A stretch of 52,700 bases of DNA from positions 1 through 52,700 of the forward strand of contig CAZCLX010000001.1 in NCBI GenBank assembly GCA_964499615.1, read 5' to 3'. Position 1 is the first letter of the stretch; each line of letters begins with the position of its first letter. A program made the position numbers and the translations under genes. Source of the DNA: an uncultured Oscillospiraceae bacterium (lineage in GTDB: Bacteria > Bacillota > Clostridia > Oscillospirales > Oscillospiraceae). The notes beneath the pieces were generated by a model. It was not told the origin of the DNA. It did no database searches and saw only the letters and a list, made by a program, of their open reading frames with translations. Positions 9,182-17,896 of the stretch are shown here, in pieces.

Positions 9182-9210
9182 ATTATAAACTGTTTGCGGG
9201 AATTTGTCAA
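9182..9210 (-). promoter_or_regulatory. Perfect-consensus sigma-A promoter for the micro-substrate/srtB/LCP operon
   Basis: TTGACA (9210-9205), 17-nt spacer, TATAAT (9187-9182) on the minus strand. Confidence 0.85.
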
Positions 9211-9236
9211 CACAAAATAGTGCTTTTCTGCAAGCG

Positions 9237-10790
9237 TTACTGTTTTGGCACAAGGACGGCGAAGGATTGGGTGGGAAGGATAAGGGCGGATCCAGAAATT
9301 TCCGGCGCACCGATGGTATAGAGAGGCTTATATTCTCCGTCCAGGGAGCAGACAACCGGGTTTTCACCGGGATTCATGGCAATCAGCAGGTTTCCACGCT
9401 TGTAGGCAAAGAGGCGTCCCTCACAGCGGTAAACCTCAAAGGGACTTCCGTTTTGCAGATCTTCCCGGCTGTGCCTCAGAGCGATCAGTCTACGGACGTG
9501 ATTGAGAAGGGAGTTCGGGTCATATTCCTGCCGGGCGACGGTGTGGCGGTCATCGTTTTCCACTGGCAGATACAGATTTTCCGCGGCGCCCTGGGAGAAG
9601 CCCAGGTTTTTGCCGCTGTCCCACTGCATAGGCGTCCGGGAGCCGGTACGGTTGTAGCCGCCTTCTTTGGTGGGAAGATCCCGGTAATCCATGCCGATCT
9701 CGTCGCCGTAGTACAGGAAGGGTGCGCCGGGCATGGTGAAGATCCAGGCGTAGGCCAGACGCCGCTCCGTTTCCGTCAGGCTGGCGGAGGGGCGGGGGGT
9801 ATCATGATTGCAGGTGATAAGGCACCACAGCCCCAGATCCTTAGTGTCATGGTACTGGGGCAGGTAATCCGCCAGAAACCGGCTGGCATCCGTTCCGGAG
9901 TGGAGGGAAAAATAGCTGTCATTGACGCTGGGGGCGCCATCCTGCTTTTTCACTGAGCGCATCATGGCGCTGTAGCCGTTGCCGTCCCAGTTCAGATAGA
10001 AGTCCATGTCGAAGCCGCACCGAAGCGCTTTGTCCGGATGGTTCCACTCAGAGACGAAGGCCGCTTCAGGGTACTCACGATGGATGGTGCCCAGAATGTC
10101 CCGCCATACCTCCATGGTGGCAAGCTTTTCGGTATCGTCGTTTTTTACCAGAGAGTCCGCCATGTCTACCCGGAAGCCGTCACAGCCCCGGCTGAGCCAG
10201 AACCGCATTACATCTTTCATTGCCTCCCGGGTAGCGATGGCGTCGGGGCTGGTGATGGGTTGCTGCCAATCGGCATGACGCTCCCGGAAGCCGTAGTTCA
10301 GGGCGGGCTGGGCCTTAAAGAAGTTGATGACGTATGCTCCGGACCGGGGGAATTCTCCGGCAATGGAAATCATATTACCCTCTGCCCGCTCCCAGATGTT
10401 GCCGGTCCATAGATAGCGCCCGGACAGCTCGTTTTTCTCCTCCCGTCCGCTTTCCAGGAACCAGGGGTGCTCCTCGCTGGTATGGCCAGGCACCAGATCC
10501 AGCAGAACTCGGATGCCCAAGTTGTGGGCAGCCTGGAATAGCCGGCACAGGTCTTCGTTGGTGCCGTACCGGGGAGCCACCCGGCAGTAGTCCCGGACGT
10601 CATAGCCTGCGTCCTTGAAGGGGGAGTCAAAGCAGGGGTTGAGCCAGATGGCATTGCAGCCCAGGTTTTTTACATAGGGGAGCTTCTCTGTGATGCCCGG
10701 CAGATCGCCGATGCCATCGCCGTTAGAATCCCGGAAGCTCTGGGGATAAATTTCATAAAATACCGCGTCGCGAAGCCAGGATGCCGGCAT
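9237..10790 (-). CDS. GH13 alpha-amylase family glycosidase (alpha-glucosidase-like)
   Basis: FYEIYPQSFRDSNGDGIGDL, DLVPGHTS, DGFRVDMA (nucleophile Asp), SEW, CNHD, YYGDEIGM, RTPMQW; start at ATG 10790 after GGAGG. Confidence 0.9.
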   Translation of the reverse strand: MPASWLRDAVFYEIYPQSFRDSNGDGIGDLPGITEKLPYVKNLGCNAIWLNPCFDSPFKDAGYDVRDYCRVAPRYGTNEDLCRLFQAAHNLGIRVLLDLVPGHTSEEHPWFLESGREEKNELSGRYLWTGNIWERAEGNMISIAGEFPRSGAYVINFFKAQPALNYGFRERHADWQQPITSPDAIATREAMKDVMRFWLSRGCDGFRVDMADSLVKNDDTEKLATMEVWRDILGTIHREYPEAAFVSEWNHPDKALRCGFDMDFYLNWDGNGYSAMMRSVKKQDGAPSVNDSYFSLHSGTDASRFLADYLPQYHDTKDLGLWCLITCNHDTPRPSASLTETERRLAYAWIFTMPGAPFLYYGDEIGMDYRDLPTKEGGYNRTGSRTPMQWDSGKNLGFSQGAAENLYLPVENDDRHTVARQEYDPNSLLNHVRRLIALRHSREDLQNGSPFEVYRCEGRLFAYKRGNLLIAMNPGENPVVCSLDGEYKPLYTIGAPEISGSALILPTQSFAVLVPKQ

Positions 10791-10876
10791 AGTGTGTACC
10801 TCCATTATTAAGGAAATCTTCATGTTCTTTTTTCGGTGCTATGATATAATAAAAGCAAATTTATAGAAAAGAGCCG

Positions 10877-11665
10877 GTGCTTGTGAAGAAATATAAGATG
10901 CTGCTTGCTGCGGTGTGCGCTACCGCTCTGCTGTTTGGTTGCGGGAAAAAGGATCAGATGCCGGTGACCACCCCGCCGGAAACTACGCTGCCTCCGGAAA
11001 CCACCAAGCCTCCGCTGACAGACCAGGATCTGGCGGAAAAGCGGCGAAACGTGCTGCGCCAGACGCTGGAGGACTTTGCCTATGAACTGGTGCTCCCGGA
11101 TGGCCGGCAGGCCAAACTGGACAGCGGGTTCGGCGCTATGGAGGGAAACCGCTTCGCTTACCAGGATGTGGACGGCGACGGGAAGGAGGAACTGGTGCTT
11201 TCCTTTTCCGTCTGCTCCATAGCGGAAATGACACTGTATGTCTGCGGCTTCGATGGGGAGACTGTCACCCAGGAACTGACGGAATTTCCCGCTGTGATCT
11301 TCTATCCCGGCGGCGTGGCAGTGGCGGAGCTATCCTACAACCAAGGGCTGGCTGGAGACGATATGTGGCCCTGCAACGTCTATACTTATGATAAGGACAC
11401 CGGTGTTTACGGTCAGAGCGTCACCGTGGATGGCTGGGACAGAACCTTGGGGGAGACGAACTACAACGGAGAATCCTTCCCGGAGCATATCGACCTAGAT
11501 GGGAACGGATATGTGTACCTCATCAGCCGGGACGGTGTGACAAGGTACTTAGATGATGGGGACTATGAGACTTGGAGAGAAGCCCAAGGCCTCGCCGCCG
11601 AGCCAATAGAAGTGACTTATTATCCTGTCTCCCGGGACTATATTCGGGCGGCGTTCAGCAGTTAG
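10877..11665 (+). CDS. Lipoprotein of unknown function with DxDGDG Ca-binding-like motifs
   Basis: Lipobox LLFGC; Pro/Thr linker; DVDGDGKEEL and DLDGNG; extended -10 TGATATAAT at 10842-10850. Confidence 0.7.
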   Translation: MLVKKYKMLLAAVCATALLFGCGKKDQMPVTTPPETTLPPETTKPPLTDQDLAEKRRNVLRQTLEDFAYELVLPDGRQAKLDSGFGAMEGNRFAYQDVDGDGKEELVLSFSVCSIAEMTLYVCGFDGETVTQELTEFPAVIFYPGGVAVAELSYNQGLAGDDMWPCNVYTYDKDTGVYGQSVTVDGWDRTLGETNYNGESFPEHIDLDGNGYVYLISRDGVTRYLDDGDYETWREAQGLAAEPIEVTYYPVSRDYIRAAFSS

Positions 11666-11714
11666 CAGATAGCGGAATCGCAAGACTTGTTTATTCCACT
11701 AACTGCTAACCGCT
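11657..11714. repeat. Inverted pair of heptamer arrays forming a 22-bp-arm palindrome
   Basis: AGCAGTTAGCAGATAGCGGAAT (11657-11678) vs ATTCCACTAACTGCTAACCGCT (11693-11714); 3 mismatches. Confidence 0.75.
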
Positions 11715-11716
11715 CC

Positions 11717-12025
11717 TTAATCCAAAAGCTCCAGGATCTCTGCCTTGGGCATGGCCCCAACCGCCTGGGTGACTACCTTGCCGTCCCGGAGAACTACCAG
11801 GGTGGGGATGCTCACCACACGGAACTGGGCGGCAATATCCATGGCCTGATCCACATCGATTTTGCAGATCTTCACATCCTCCCGCTCTTCGGCGATCTCT
11901 TCCAAAATGGGAGCGATCATTTTGCAGGGGCCACACCATACGGCAAAGAAATCCAGAAGGACGGTTTTGTCGCTTTCCAGGACTTCCTGGGCGTAGTTTT
12001 CCGAGGTGACATGAATGATAGACAT
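11717..12025 (-). CDS. trxA: Thioredoxin
   Basis: DFFAVWCGPCKM, SIPTL; start at MSIIHVT after AAGGAAGG. Confidence 0.95.
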   Translation of the reverse strand: MSIIHVTSENYAQEVLESDKTVLLDFFAVWCGPCKMIAPILEEIAEEREDVKICKIDVDQAMDIAAQFRVVSIPTLVVLRDGKVVTQAVGAMPKAEILELLD

Positions 12026-12156
12026 AATTTTTCCTTCCTTTCCATGTTTTTCTCTGTACAACCGGAGAAGAAAATGGTATAATACAATAAATTGTGGTAT
12101 TAGTATATCACATCCGTTTTCCTATAGCAATCAAAAAAAGGATAAGGAGTAAAAAA

Positions 12157-13947
12157 ATGCGCATTACACAGGACATCCGTTATGTTGGCGTAAACGATCA
12201 CCATGTGGATCTGTTTGAGGGGCAGTACGTAGTGCCAAATGGCATGGCGTACAATTCCTATGTGATTCTGGACACCAAGACGGCGGTCATGGATACCGTG
12301 GATCAGCACTTCACCCATGAGTGGCTGGACAACATCCAGAAGACCCTGGGCAGCCGGAAGCCGGACTACTTGGTGGTTCAGCATATGGAGCCGGATCATG
12401 CGGCAAATATCGCAAACTTTATGAAAACCTACCCGGAGGCAACCATCGTTTCCTCCGCCAAGGCGTTTACCATGATGGGGAATTTCTTCGGCGCCGACTA
12501 CGCCGACCGCCGGGTCGTGGTCGGGGAGGGCAGCACCCTCTGCCTGGGCGAGCATACCTTAACCTTTGTCACCGCGCCCATGGTTCATTGGCCGGAAGTG
12601 ATCGTAACCTATGATTCCCGGGACAAGGTCCTGTTCTCCGCGGACGGCTTCGGCAAGTTTGGAGCCCTGGATGTGGAGGAGGGCTGGGACGATGAAGCCC
12701 GGCGGTACTATATCGGCATTGTGGGCAAGTACGGCGCTCAGGTTCAGGCGCTGCTGAAAAAAGCGGCAGGGCTGGATATTGGGATCATCTGCCCTCTTCA
12801 TGGACCGGTGCTTACTGAGAATCTTGGCCACTACCTGAACCTGTATGACATCTGGTCCAGCTATCAGGTGGAGAGCGACGGCATTGTCATTGCCTACACC
12901 TCCATATACGGCCACACCAAGGACGCGGTAGAACTGTTGGCCCAAAAGCTTCATGCCAAGGGCTGCCCCAAGGTGGTGGTGCATGACCTTGCCCGCTGCG
13001 ATATGGCAAAAGCGGTAGAGGACGCCTTCCGCTACAGCAAGCTGGTGCTTGCCACTACCACCTACAACGCGGATATTTTCCCCTTCATGAAGGAGTTTAT
13101 CAACCACTTGACGGAGAGAAGCTACCAGAACCGCACCGTTGCCATGATGGAAAACGGTTCTTGGGCGCCCCTGGCCGCTAAGACCATGAAGAATATGCTC
13201 TCCGGCAGCAAAAACGTCACTTTTACCGACACCACAGTGCGGATTCTCTCTGCCCTGAGCGACGACAGCAAATCCCAGATTGAGGCACTGGCGGAGGAGC
13301 TGTGCAAGGATTATCTTGCTCGGCAGGATGACACCGCCAACAAAAACGACCTGACTGCCCTGTTTAACATCGGTTACGGCCTGTATGTTGTCACCTCCAA
13401 CGATGGAATGAAGGATAACGGCCTGATCGTCAACACCGTATCCCAGGTGACCAACACTCCCAACCGTGTGGCGGTGACCATTAACAAGCAGAACTATTCC
13501 CACCACATCATCCAGAAGACCGGCATTATGAACGTGAACTGCCTGGATACCTCCGCTCCCTTCTCTGTGTTCCAGAACTTTGGCTTCCAAAGCGGACGGA
13601 CGGCGGACAAGTTTGCCGGGGAAGAGGTGCTCCGGTCCGATAACGGTCTGCGGTTCCTGCCTCGGTATATTAACTCCTTCATGTCCCTGAAGGTGGAGAG
13701 CTATGTGGATCTGGGAACCCACGGCATGTTTATCTGCTCCGTCACCGAAGCCCGGGTCATTTCCCAGCGGGAGACCATGAGCTACACCTATTACCAGAAT
13801 CACGTTAAGCCCAAGCCGGAGACAGCGGGAAAGAAGGGCTTTGTCTGCAAGGTCTGCGGCTGGATCTATGAGGGCGACACCCTGCCTGACGACATTGTGT
13901 GCCCCCTGTGCAAGCATGGCGCGGCGGATTTCGAGCCCATCGGATAA
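12157..13947 (+). CDS. Flavodiiron protein with fused flavin reductase and rubredoxin domains
   Basis: HMEPDH, HWPE, SADGFG, PLHG di-iron ligands; flavodoxin YTSIYGHT; flavin reductase YGLYVVT...GTHGMF; C-terminal CKVC...CPLC. Confidence 0.9.
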   Translation: MRITQDIRYVGVNDHHVDLFEGQYVVPNGMAYNSYVILDTKTAVMDTVDQHFTHEWLDNIQKTLGSRKPDYLVVQHMEPDHAANIANFMKTYPEATIVSSAKAFTMMGNFFGADYADRRVVVGEGSTLCLGEHTLTFVTAPMVHWPEVIVTYDSRDKVLFSADGFGKFGALDVEEGWDDEARRYYIGIVGKYGAQVQALLKKAAGLDIGIICPLHGPVLTENLGHYLNLYDIWSSYQVESDGIVIAYTSIYGHTKDAVELLAQKLHAKGCPKVVVHDLARCDMAKAVEDAFRYSKLVLATTTYNADIFPFMKEFINHLTERSYQNRTVAMMENGSWAPLAAKTMKNMLSGSKNVTFTDTTVRILSALSDDSKSQIEALAEELCKDYLARQDDTANKNDLTALFNIGYGLYVVTSNDGMKDNGLIVNTVSQVTNTPNRVAVTINKQNYSHHIIQKTGIMNVNCLDTSAPFSVFQNFGFQSGRTADKFAGEEVLRSDNGLRFLPRYINSFMSLKVESYVDLGTHGMFICSVTEARVISQRETMSYTYYQNHVKPKPETAGKKGFVCKVCGWIYEGDTLPDDIVCPLCKHGAADFEPIG

Positions 13948-13962
13948 AATAGGAGAAAATTG

Positions 13963-13996
13963 GAAGCACCCGGCTTTTTTTGAGGCCGGGTGCTTC
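13963..13996 (+). terminator. Hairpin after the flavodiiron gene
   Basis: GAAGCACCCGGC...GCCGGGTGCTTC perfect 12-bp stem. Confidence 0.7.
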
Positions 13997-14000
13997 AATT

Positions 14001-14056
14001 CTTAAGGAAGACTTAACCTGAAACCAGTTGATTTTTCAGCGGTTAGGAAGTATCAT
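14001..14056 (+). promoter_or_regulatory. Probable sigma-A promoter with upstream CTTAA direct repeat
   Basis: TTGATT (14028-33), 17 nt, TATCAT (14051-56); CTTAA at 14001 and 14012 (11-bp period). Confidence 0.5.
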
Positions 14057-14099
14057 ATAGCGTAAAGACAGAAACACTTATACCATGGAGGAATTTGCT

Positions 14100-15431
14100 A
14101 TGAAGCTACAAAAAATCCTTGCCCTGGCGCTGGCGCTCTGCCTGACGCTGACCCTCGTTGCCTGCGGCGGCAAGGAAGGAGCGGTCTATGTCCAGTCAGT
14201 TAAGGAATTGAGTCAAATGGGCGGAATTGCCCCCGGAGATCGGTTTGTTGGAATTGTAGTTTCCGAAAATGTCGCGGAGATCAAGAAAGATCAGAGTATG
14301 ACAGTAGAAGAACTGCTGGTCAAGGAAGGCGACGATGTGAAAACCGGTGACAAGCTGTTTTCCTACGATGTAGAGGAACTCCAGCTTACTCTGGACAAGC
14401 AGCGCCTGGAAAAGGAGCAGCTGGAAACGACCATTGAAAATCTGAACAGTCAGATCGCGGATCTGGAAAAGCAGTATCAGCGGGCAGGCACCGGGGATAA
14501 ACTGCAGTACGCCGTTCAGATCCAGACCAATCAGGTGGATCTGAAGGAAGCGCAGCTGAACCTGAAAACCAAAGAGGCGGAGGTTGCCAAGTCGGAAGAG
14601 ATTTTGGAAAATTCCACCGTGGTATCTCCGGTTGACGGACGGGTTACTCAGATCAGTGAAAGCGGAACCGATGACTATGGCAACGCGCTGCCTTACATAT
14701 CTATTCAGCAGGCGGGCGCCTACCGGGTCAAGGGCACCATTGGAGAAATGCAACGGGGAGGCATCCTAGAAGGTGACCGGGTTCGGATCATTTCCCGTAC
14801 AGACAGTACAACCTGGACCGGAACCGTTACCCTGGTGGACTATGAAAGCCCTGTCCAGGGGAATGCCAGCAGCGTGTACAGTGGTAAAGGCGATGAGATG
14901 TCCAATGCCAGCCGCTACCCCTTCTATGTGGAGCTGGACAGTAATGAGGGACTGCTGCTGGGGCAGCATGTATACATGGAGAAGGATACAGGGGATAATG
15001 TGGTTGCCGGCGTCCAGCTTAGCAGCGCGTTCATTGCGTATAACGACGACGGTTCCGCTTACGTCTGGGCGGAAAAGGGCAGTAAGCTGGAAAAGCGGAA
15101 TGTCATTCTGGGCTATTACAACGGTATGTTGGATACCTTCCAGATCACAGATGGACTGAGTGAAGACGACTTCATTGCCTTCCCGGATCAGTACTGCGTA
15201 GAGGGAGCGCCTACCTCACATAGCCCCGTCGTGCATGAGGACGATGGAGAGGAAGGCTTGGCTGAGGACGATCTGGGCGGCAAAGGTGATGACGGATTCT
15301 ATGAGGATGACCTGGGCGGCAAAGGTGAGGACGGATTCTACGAGGGCGACCTGGACGGCAAGAGTGATGACGAAAGCCCTATGGATGACGGCGGCGAGAT
15401 CGTAAACGCGGAAGGCGGGGTGGGCGAATGA
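14100..15431 (+). CDS. Efflux adaptor (HlyD/MacA/YknX-like), lipoprotein
   Basis: Lipobox LVACG; lipoyl half-motifs LLVKEGDDVKTGDKL and VVSPVDGRV flanking a coiled coil; acidic tail. Confidence 0.85.
   Translation: MKLQKILALALALCLTLTLVACGGKEGAVYVQSVKELSQMGGIAPGDRFVGIVVSENVAEIKKDQSMTVEELLVKEGDDVKTGDKLFSYDVEELQLTLDKQRLEKEQLETTIENLNSQIADLEKQYQRAGTGDKLQYAVQIQTNQVDLKEAQLNLKTKEAEVAKSEEILENSTVVSPVDGRVTQISESGTDDYGNALPYISIQQAGAYRVKGTIGEMQRGGILEGDRVRIISRTDSTTWTGTVTLVDYESPVQGNASSVYSGKGDEMSNASRYPFYVELDSNEGLLLGQHVYMEKDTGDNVVAGVQLSSAFIAYNDDGSAYVWAEKGSKLEKRNVILGYYNGMLDTFQITDGLSEDDFIAFPDQYCVEGAPTSHSPVVHEDDGEEGLAEDDLGGKGDDGFYEDDLGGKGEDGFYEGDLDGKSDDESPMDDGGEIVNAEGGVGE
15264..15371 (+). repeat. 39-nt coding tandem repeat (~2.8 copies), EDDLGGKG(D/E)DGFY
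   Basis: Units start at 15264, 15303 and 15342. Confidence 0.85.
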
Positions 15432-16156
15432 CCATTCTGAAGCTGACAGACATTTGTAAGGACTATGTGCAGGGCAAGGAGCCGGTACGGGTTCTGAAAA
15501 ATGTAAATCTTTCCGTGGAACAGGGAGAATACCTTGCTATTATGGGTCCGTCTGGTTCCGGGAAAACCACACTGATGAATTTGATCGGATGTCTGGACGT
15601 TCCAACCTCCGGCAGCTATGAGCTGAGCGGTCAGAACATACAGGATCTGGACGACAACGCCCTGGCAGACGTGCGCAATCGCCATATCGGCTTCGTGTTC
15701 CAGAGCTTCTATTTGATGCCGAAAATGGATGCCCTGGACAATGTTGCCCTGCCGCTGCTGTATGCCGGCGTGCCGCTGAAGGAACGCCGGGCCAGAGCGG
15801 AGGAGGCGCTGAAATCCGTGGGACTGGAGGAGCGGATCCATTTTTACCCCAACCAGCTCTCCGGCGGCCAGTGCCAGCGGGTGGCAATTGCCAGAGCCAT
15901 TGCCGGCAAACCGGATCTTCTGCTGGCGGACGAGCCAACTGGCGCGTTGGATACCAAGGCGGGCCTCCAGATCATGGAGATTTTCCGCCGCCTCAGCGAT
16001 GAGGGAATGACCATTATCATGATCACCCACGAACAGGGAATTGCCGACTGCGCCAATAAGATATATCACATACTGGATGGTGAACTGCGGACGGAGATGG
16101 ATCAGTCGGAAACTCCCAGGGCCGAAGGAGGCAATGCGGAAAATGAAGCGGAATAA
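15428..16156 (+). CDS. ABC ATPase, MacB/LolD/YknY type
   Basis: GPSGSGKTT, IGFVFQSF, PNQLSGGQCQR, LADEPTGALD. Confidence 0.92.
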   Translation: MTILKLTDICKDYVQGKEPVRVLKNVNLSVEQGEYLAIMGPSGSGKTTLMNLIGCLDVPTSGSYELSGQNIQDLDDNALADVRNRHIGFVFQSFYLMPKMDALDNVALPLLYAGVPLKERRARAEEALKSVGLEERIHFYPNQLSGGQCQRVAIARAIAGKPDLLLADEPTGALDTKAGLQIMEIFRRLSDEGMTIIMITHEQGIADCANKIYHILDGELRTEMDQSETPRAEGGNAENEAE

Positions 16157-17879
16157 GATGAAAAAGCCTTGGAAGTGGGTAATCGCCATTGCCGCTGTTG
16201 TGCTGGTAGCGGCAATTGCCGTGGGCGTCGTTTTTGCGGTGACCAGCGGCGGAGGCAACCCGATTGGGGTGTATAGCTTTAACATGATCGGTATGACAAA
16301 CTACTGGGGCGATACCCAGAGCTGCTATGGCCCTGTTTCCACTGAAGGAATTCAGACGGTTTTTCTGAGCGACACGCAGACCGTTACAGAGGTGGCGGTG
16401 AAAGAGGGGGACGAGGTAAAGAAGGGCGATCTGCTTCTCCGGTTTGATACTACTTTGTCAGATCTGCAGCTGGAACGGAAACGGCTGGAGGTGGAGAAAG
16501 CGAAGCTTCAGCTGGAGGATGATGAGAAGAGACTTCAGGAGATCAAGAGCATGAAGCCTATGGCGACGCAATCTGTCACGGAGCCATCTGATCCGGATCT
16601 TGGCATTGGCCTTACGGAAAGCTATCAGATTTATGCCGGGGGAGACCATGACGGCAGTTCCCAGGAGAACGCAATCCTGGTGTGGCTGAAAAGCGACACC
16701 GCGATTACCCAGAGCCTTATCGAAGCGATCCGCCAGGAGGCAGAGCGGCAGCAGAATGAAAACCGTCCGGAGCCGGAACCCACGGATCCCTCCGACGTGA
16801 CGGATCCCTCCGACGTGACGGATCCTCCGGTAGTAACAGATCCCCCGGAAGTGACGGATCCTCCGGTGGTGACAGACCCCGCCGAAACGGGGGTTCAGGA
16901 GGGAGGCGATTCCAGCGCCTCCGCTGTGGAGGAGCCGGAGCCGATCCAGGTAAGCGACTTTTACGTGGTGTTTAAGATCACCTCCGGGGATATGTCCAAG
17001 GGCAGCGTGACTGTCTGGCAGGGAATGCATATCTATACCGCTGGCGGACTTTCCATGCGGCTGTTCAGTGCCAGCGGGATCGCGGACTATACTCTGGCGC
17101 AGGAAACCGAAACAAATGTGCCGGATATCGACTTCGGCAGCGGCTACACTGCCGCCCAGATCGCTCAGATGCGTCAGGAACAGGAGCAGACCATTAAGAA
17201 CGATGAGTTTCAGCTCAAAATGGCAGAAGCGGAATATAACATCATGGAACGGGAAATGTCTGACGGAAATATCTATGCTGAGGTTGACGGCAAGGTGGTC
17301 ACCTGCCTGACGGAGGAGGAAGCCCAGCAGACTCAGCAGCCTATGCTGAAGATCTCCGGCGGCGGCGGATTCCTGGTCACCGGCTATGTCAGCGAACTGA
17401 TTCGGGATAAGCTGCCAATCGGGCAGGAGGTCACCGTGTATGACTGGAGCTCCGGCATGGCTTATACCGGTACCGTTCAATCCGTGAGCGATTTTCCTTC
17501 CAGCAGCAACAACTATTACGGATATGGCAACACCAACGCGACCTACTATCCCTTTACGGTCTTCATCGACGAGAGCGCCAACCTTCAGGCGTGGAACTAC
17601 GTGGAAATCGAGTTTTCCGTATCCGGAAACGAAGACAGCATCTACCTGCAAAATCCCTTCATCCGTACCGAGGACGGTGAAAGCTATGTCCTGGTTATGG
17701 GCGAGGACGGACGGCTAGAGAAGCGTGTCGTAACTGTGGGTAAGTCTCTGTGGGGCAGCTACACAGAGATCCTCAGCGGTCTGAGCACGGATGATATGAT
17801 CGCCTTCCCCTACGGCAAGAGCGTTAAGCCCGGCGCGAAAGCGGAAGAGGGCGACATCAGTGACCTTTACAATTACTGA
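16134..17879 (+). CDS. Second efflux adaptor (HlyD/MacA/YknX-like) with a large insertion
   Basis: N-terminal TM; VAVKEGDEVKKGDLL and IYAEVDGKV lipoyl halves; start placed at ATG 16134 after AAGGAGG. Confidence 0.8.
   Translation: MRKMKRNKMKKPWKWVIAIAAVVLVAAIAVGVVFAVTSGGGNPIGVYSFNMIGMTNYWGDTQSCYGPVSTEGIQTVFLSDTQTVTEVAVKEGDEVKKGDLLLRFDTTLSDLQLERKRLEVEKAKLQLEDDEKRLQEIKSMKPMATQSVTEPSDPDLGIGLTESYQIYAGGDHDGSSQENAILVWLKSDTAITQSLIEAIRQEAERQQNENRPEPEPTDPSDVTDPSDVTDPPVVTDPPEVTDPPVVTDPAETGVQEGGDSSASAVEEPEPIQVSDFYVVFKITSGDMSKGSVTVWQGMHIYTAGGLSMRLFSASGIADYTLAQETETNVPDIDFGSGYTAAQIAQMRQEQEQTIKNDEFQLKMAEAEYNIMEREMSDGNIYAEVDGKVVTCLTEEEAQQTQQPMLKISGGGGFLVTGYVSELIRDKLPIGQEVTVYDWSSGMAYTGTVQSVSDFPSSSNNYYGYGNTNATYYPFTVFIDESANLQAWNYVEIEFSVSGNEDSIYLQNPFIRTEDGESYVLVMGEDGRLEKRVVTVGKSLWGSYTEILSGLSTDDMIAFPYGKSVKPGAKAEEGDISDLYNY
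16782..16883 (+). repeat. 18-nt coding tandem repeat (~6 copies), TDP(S/P)xV
   Basis: TDPSDV TDPSDV TDPPVV TDPPEV TDPPVV TDPAET. Confidence 0.85.
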
Positions 17880-17896
17880 CAGCGGGAGGGAAGAAT

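Noticed and set aside
15264-16883. Tandem repeats as a CRISPR array
   Set aside because: They are in-frame coding repeats with no unique spacers, and no cas genes are present.
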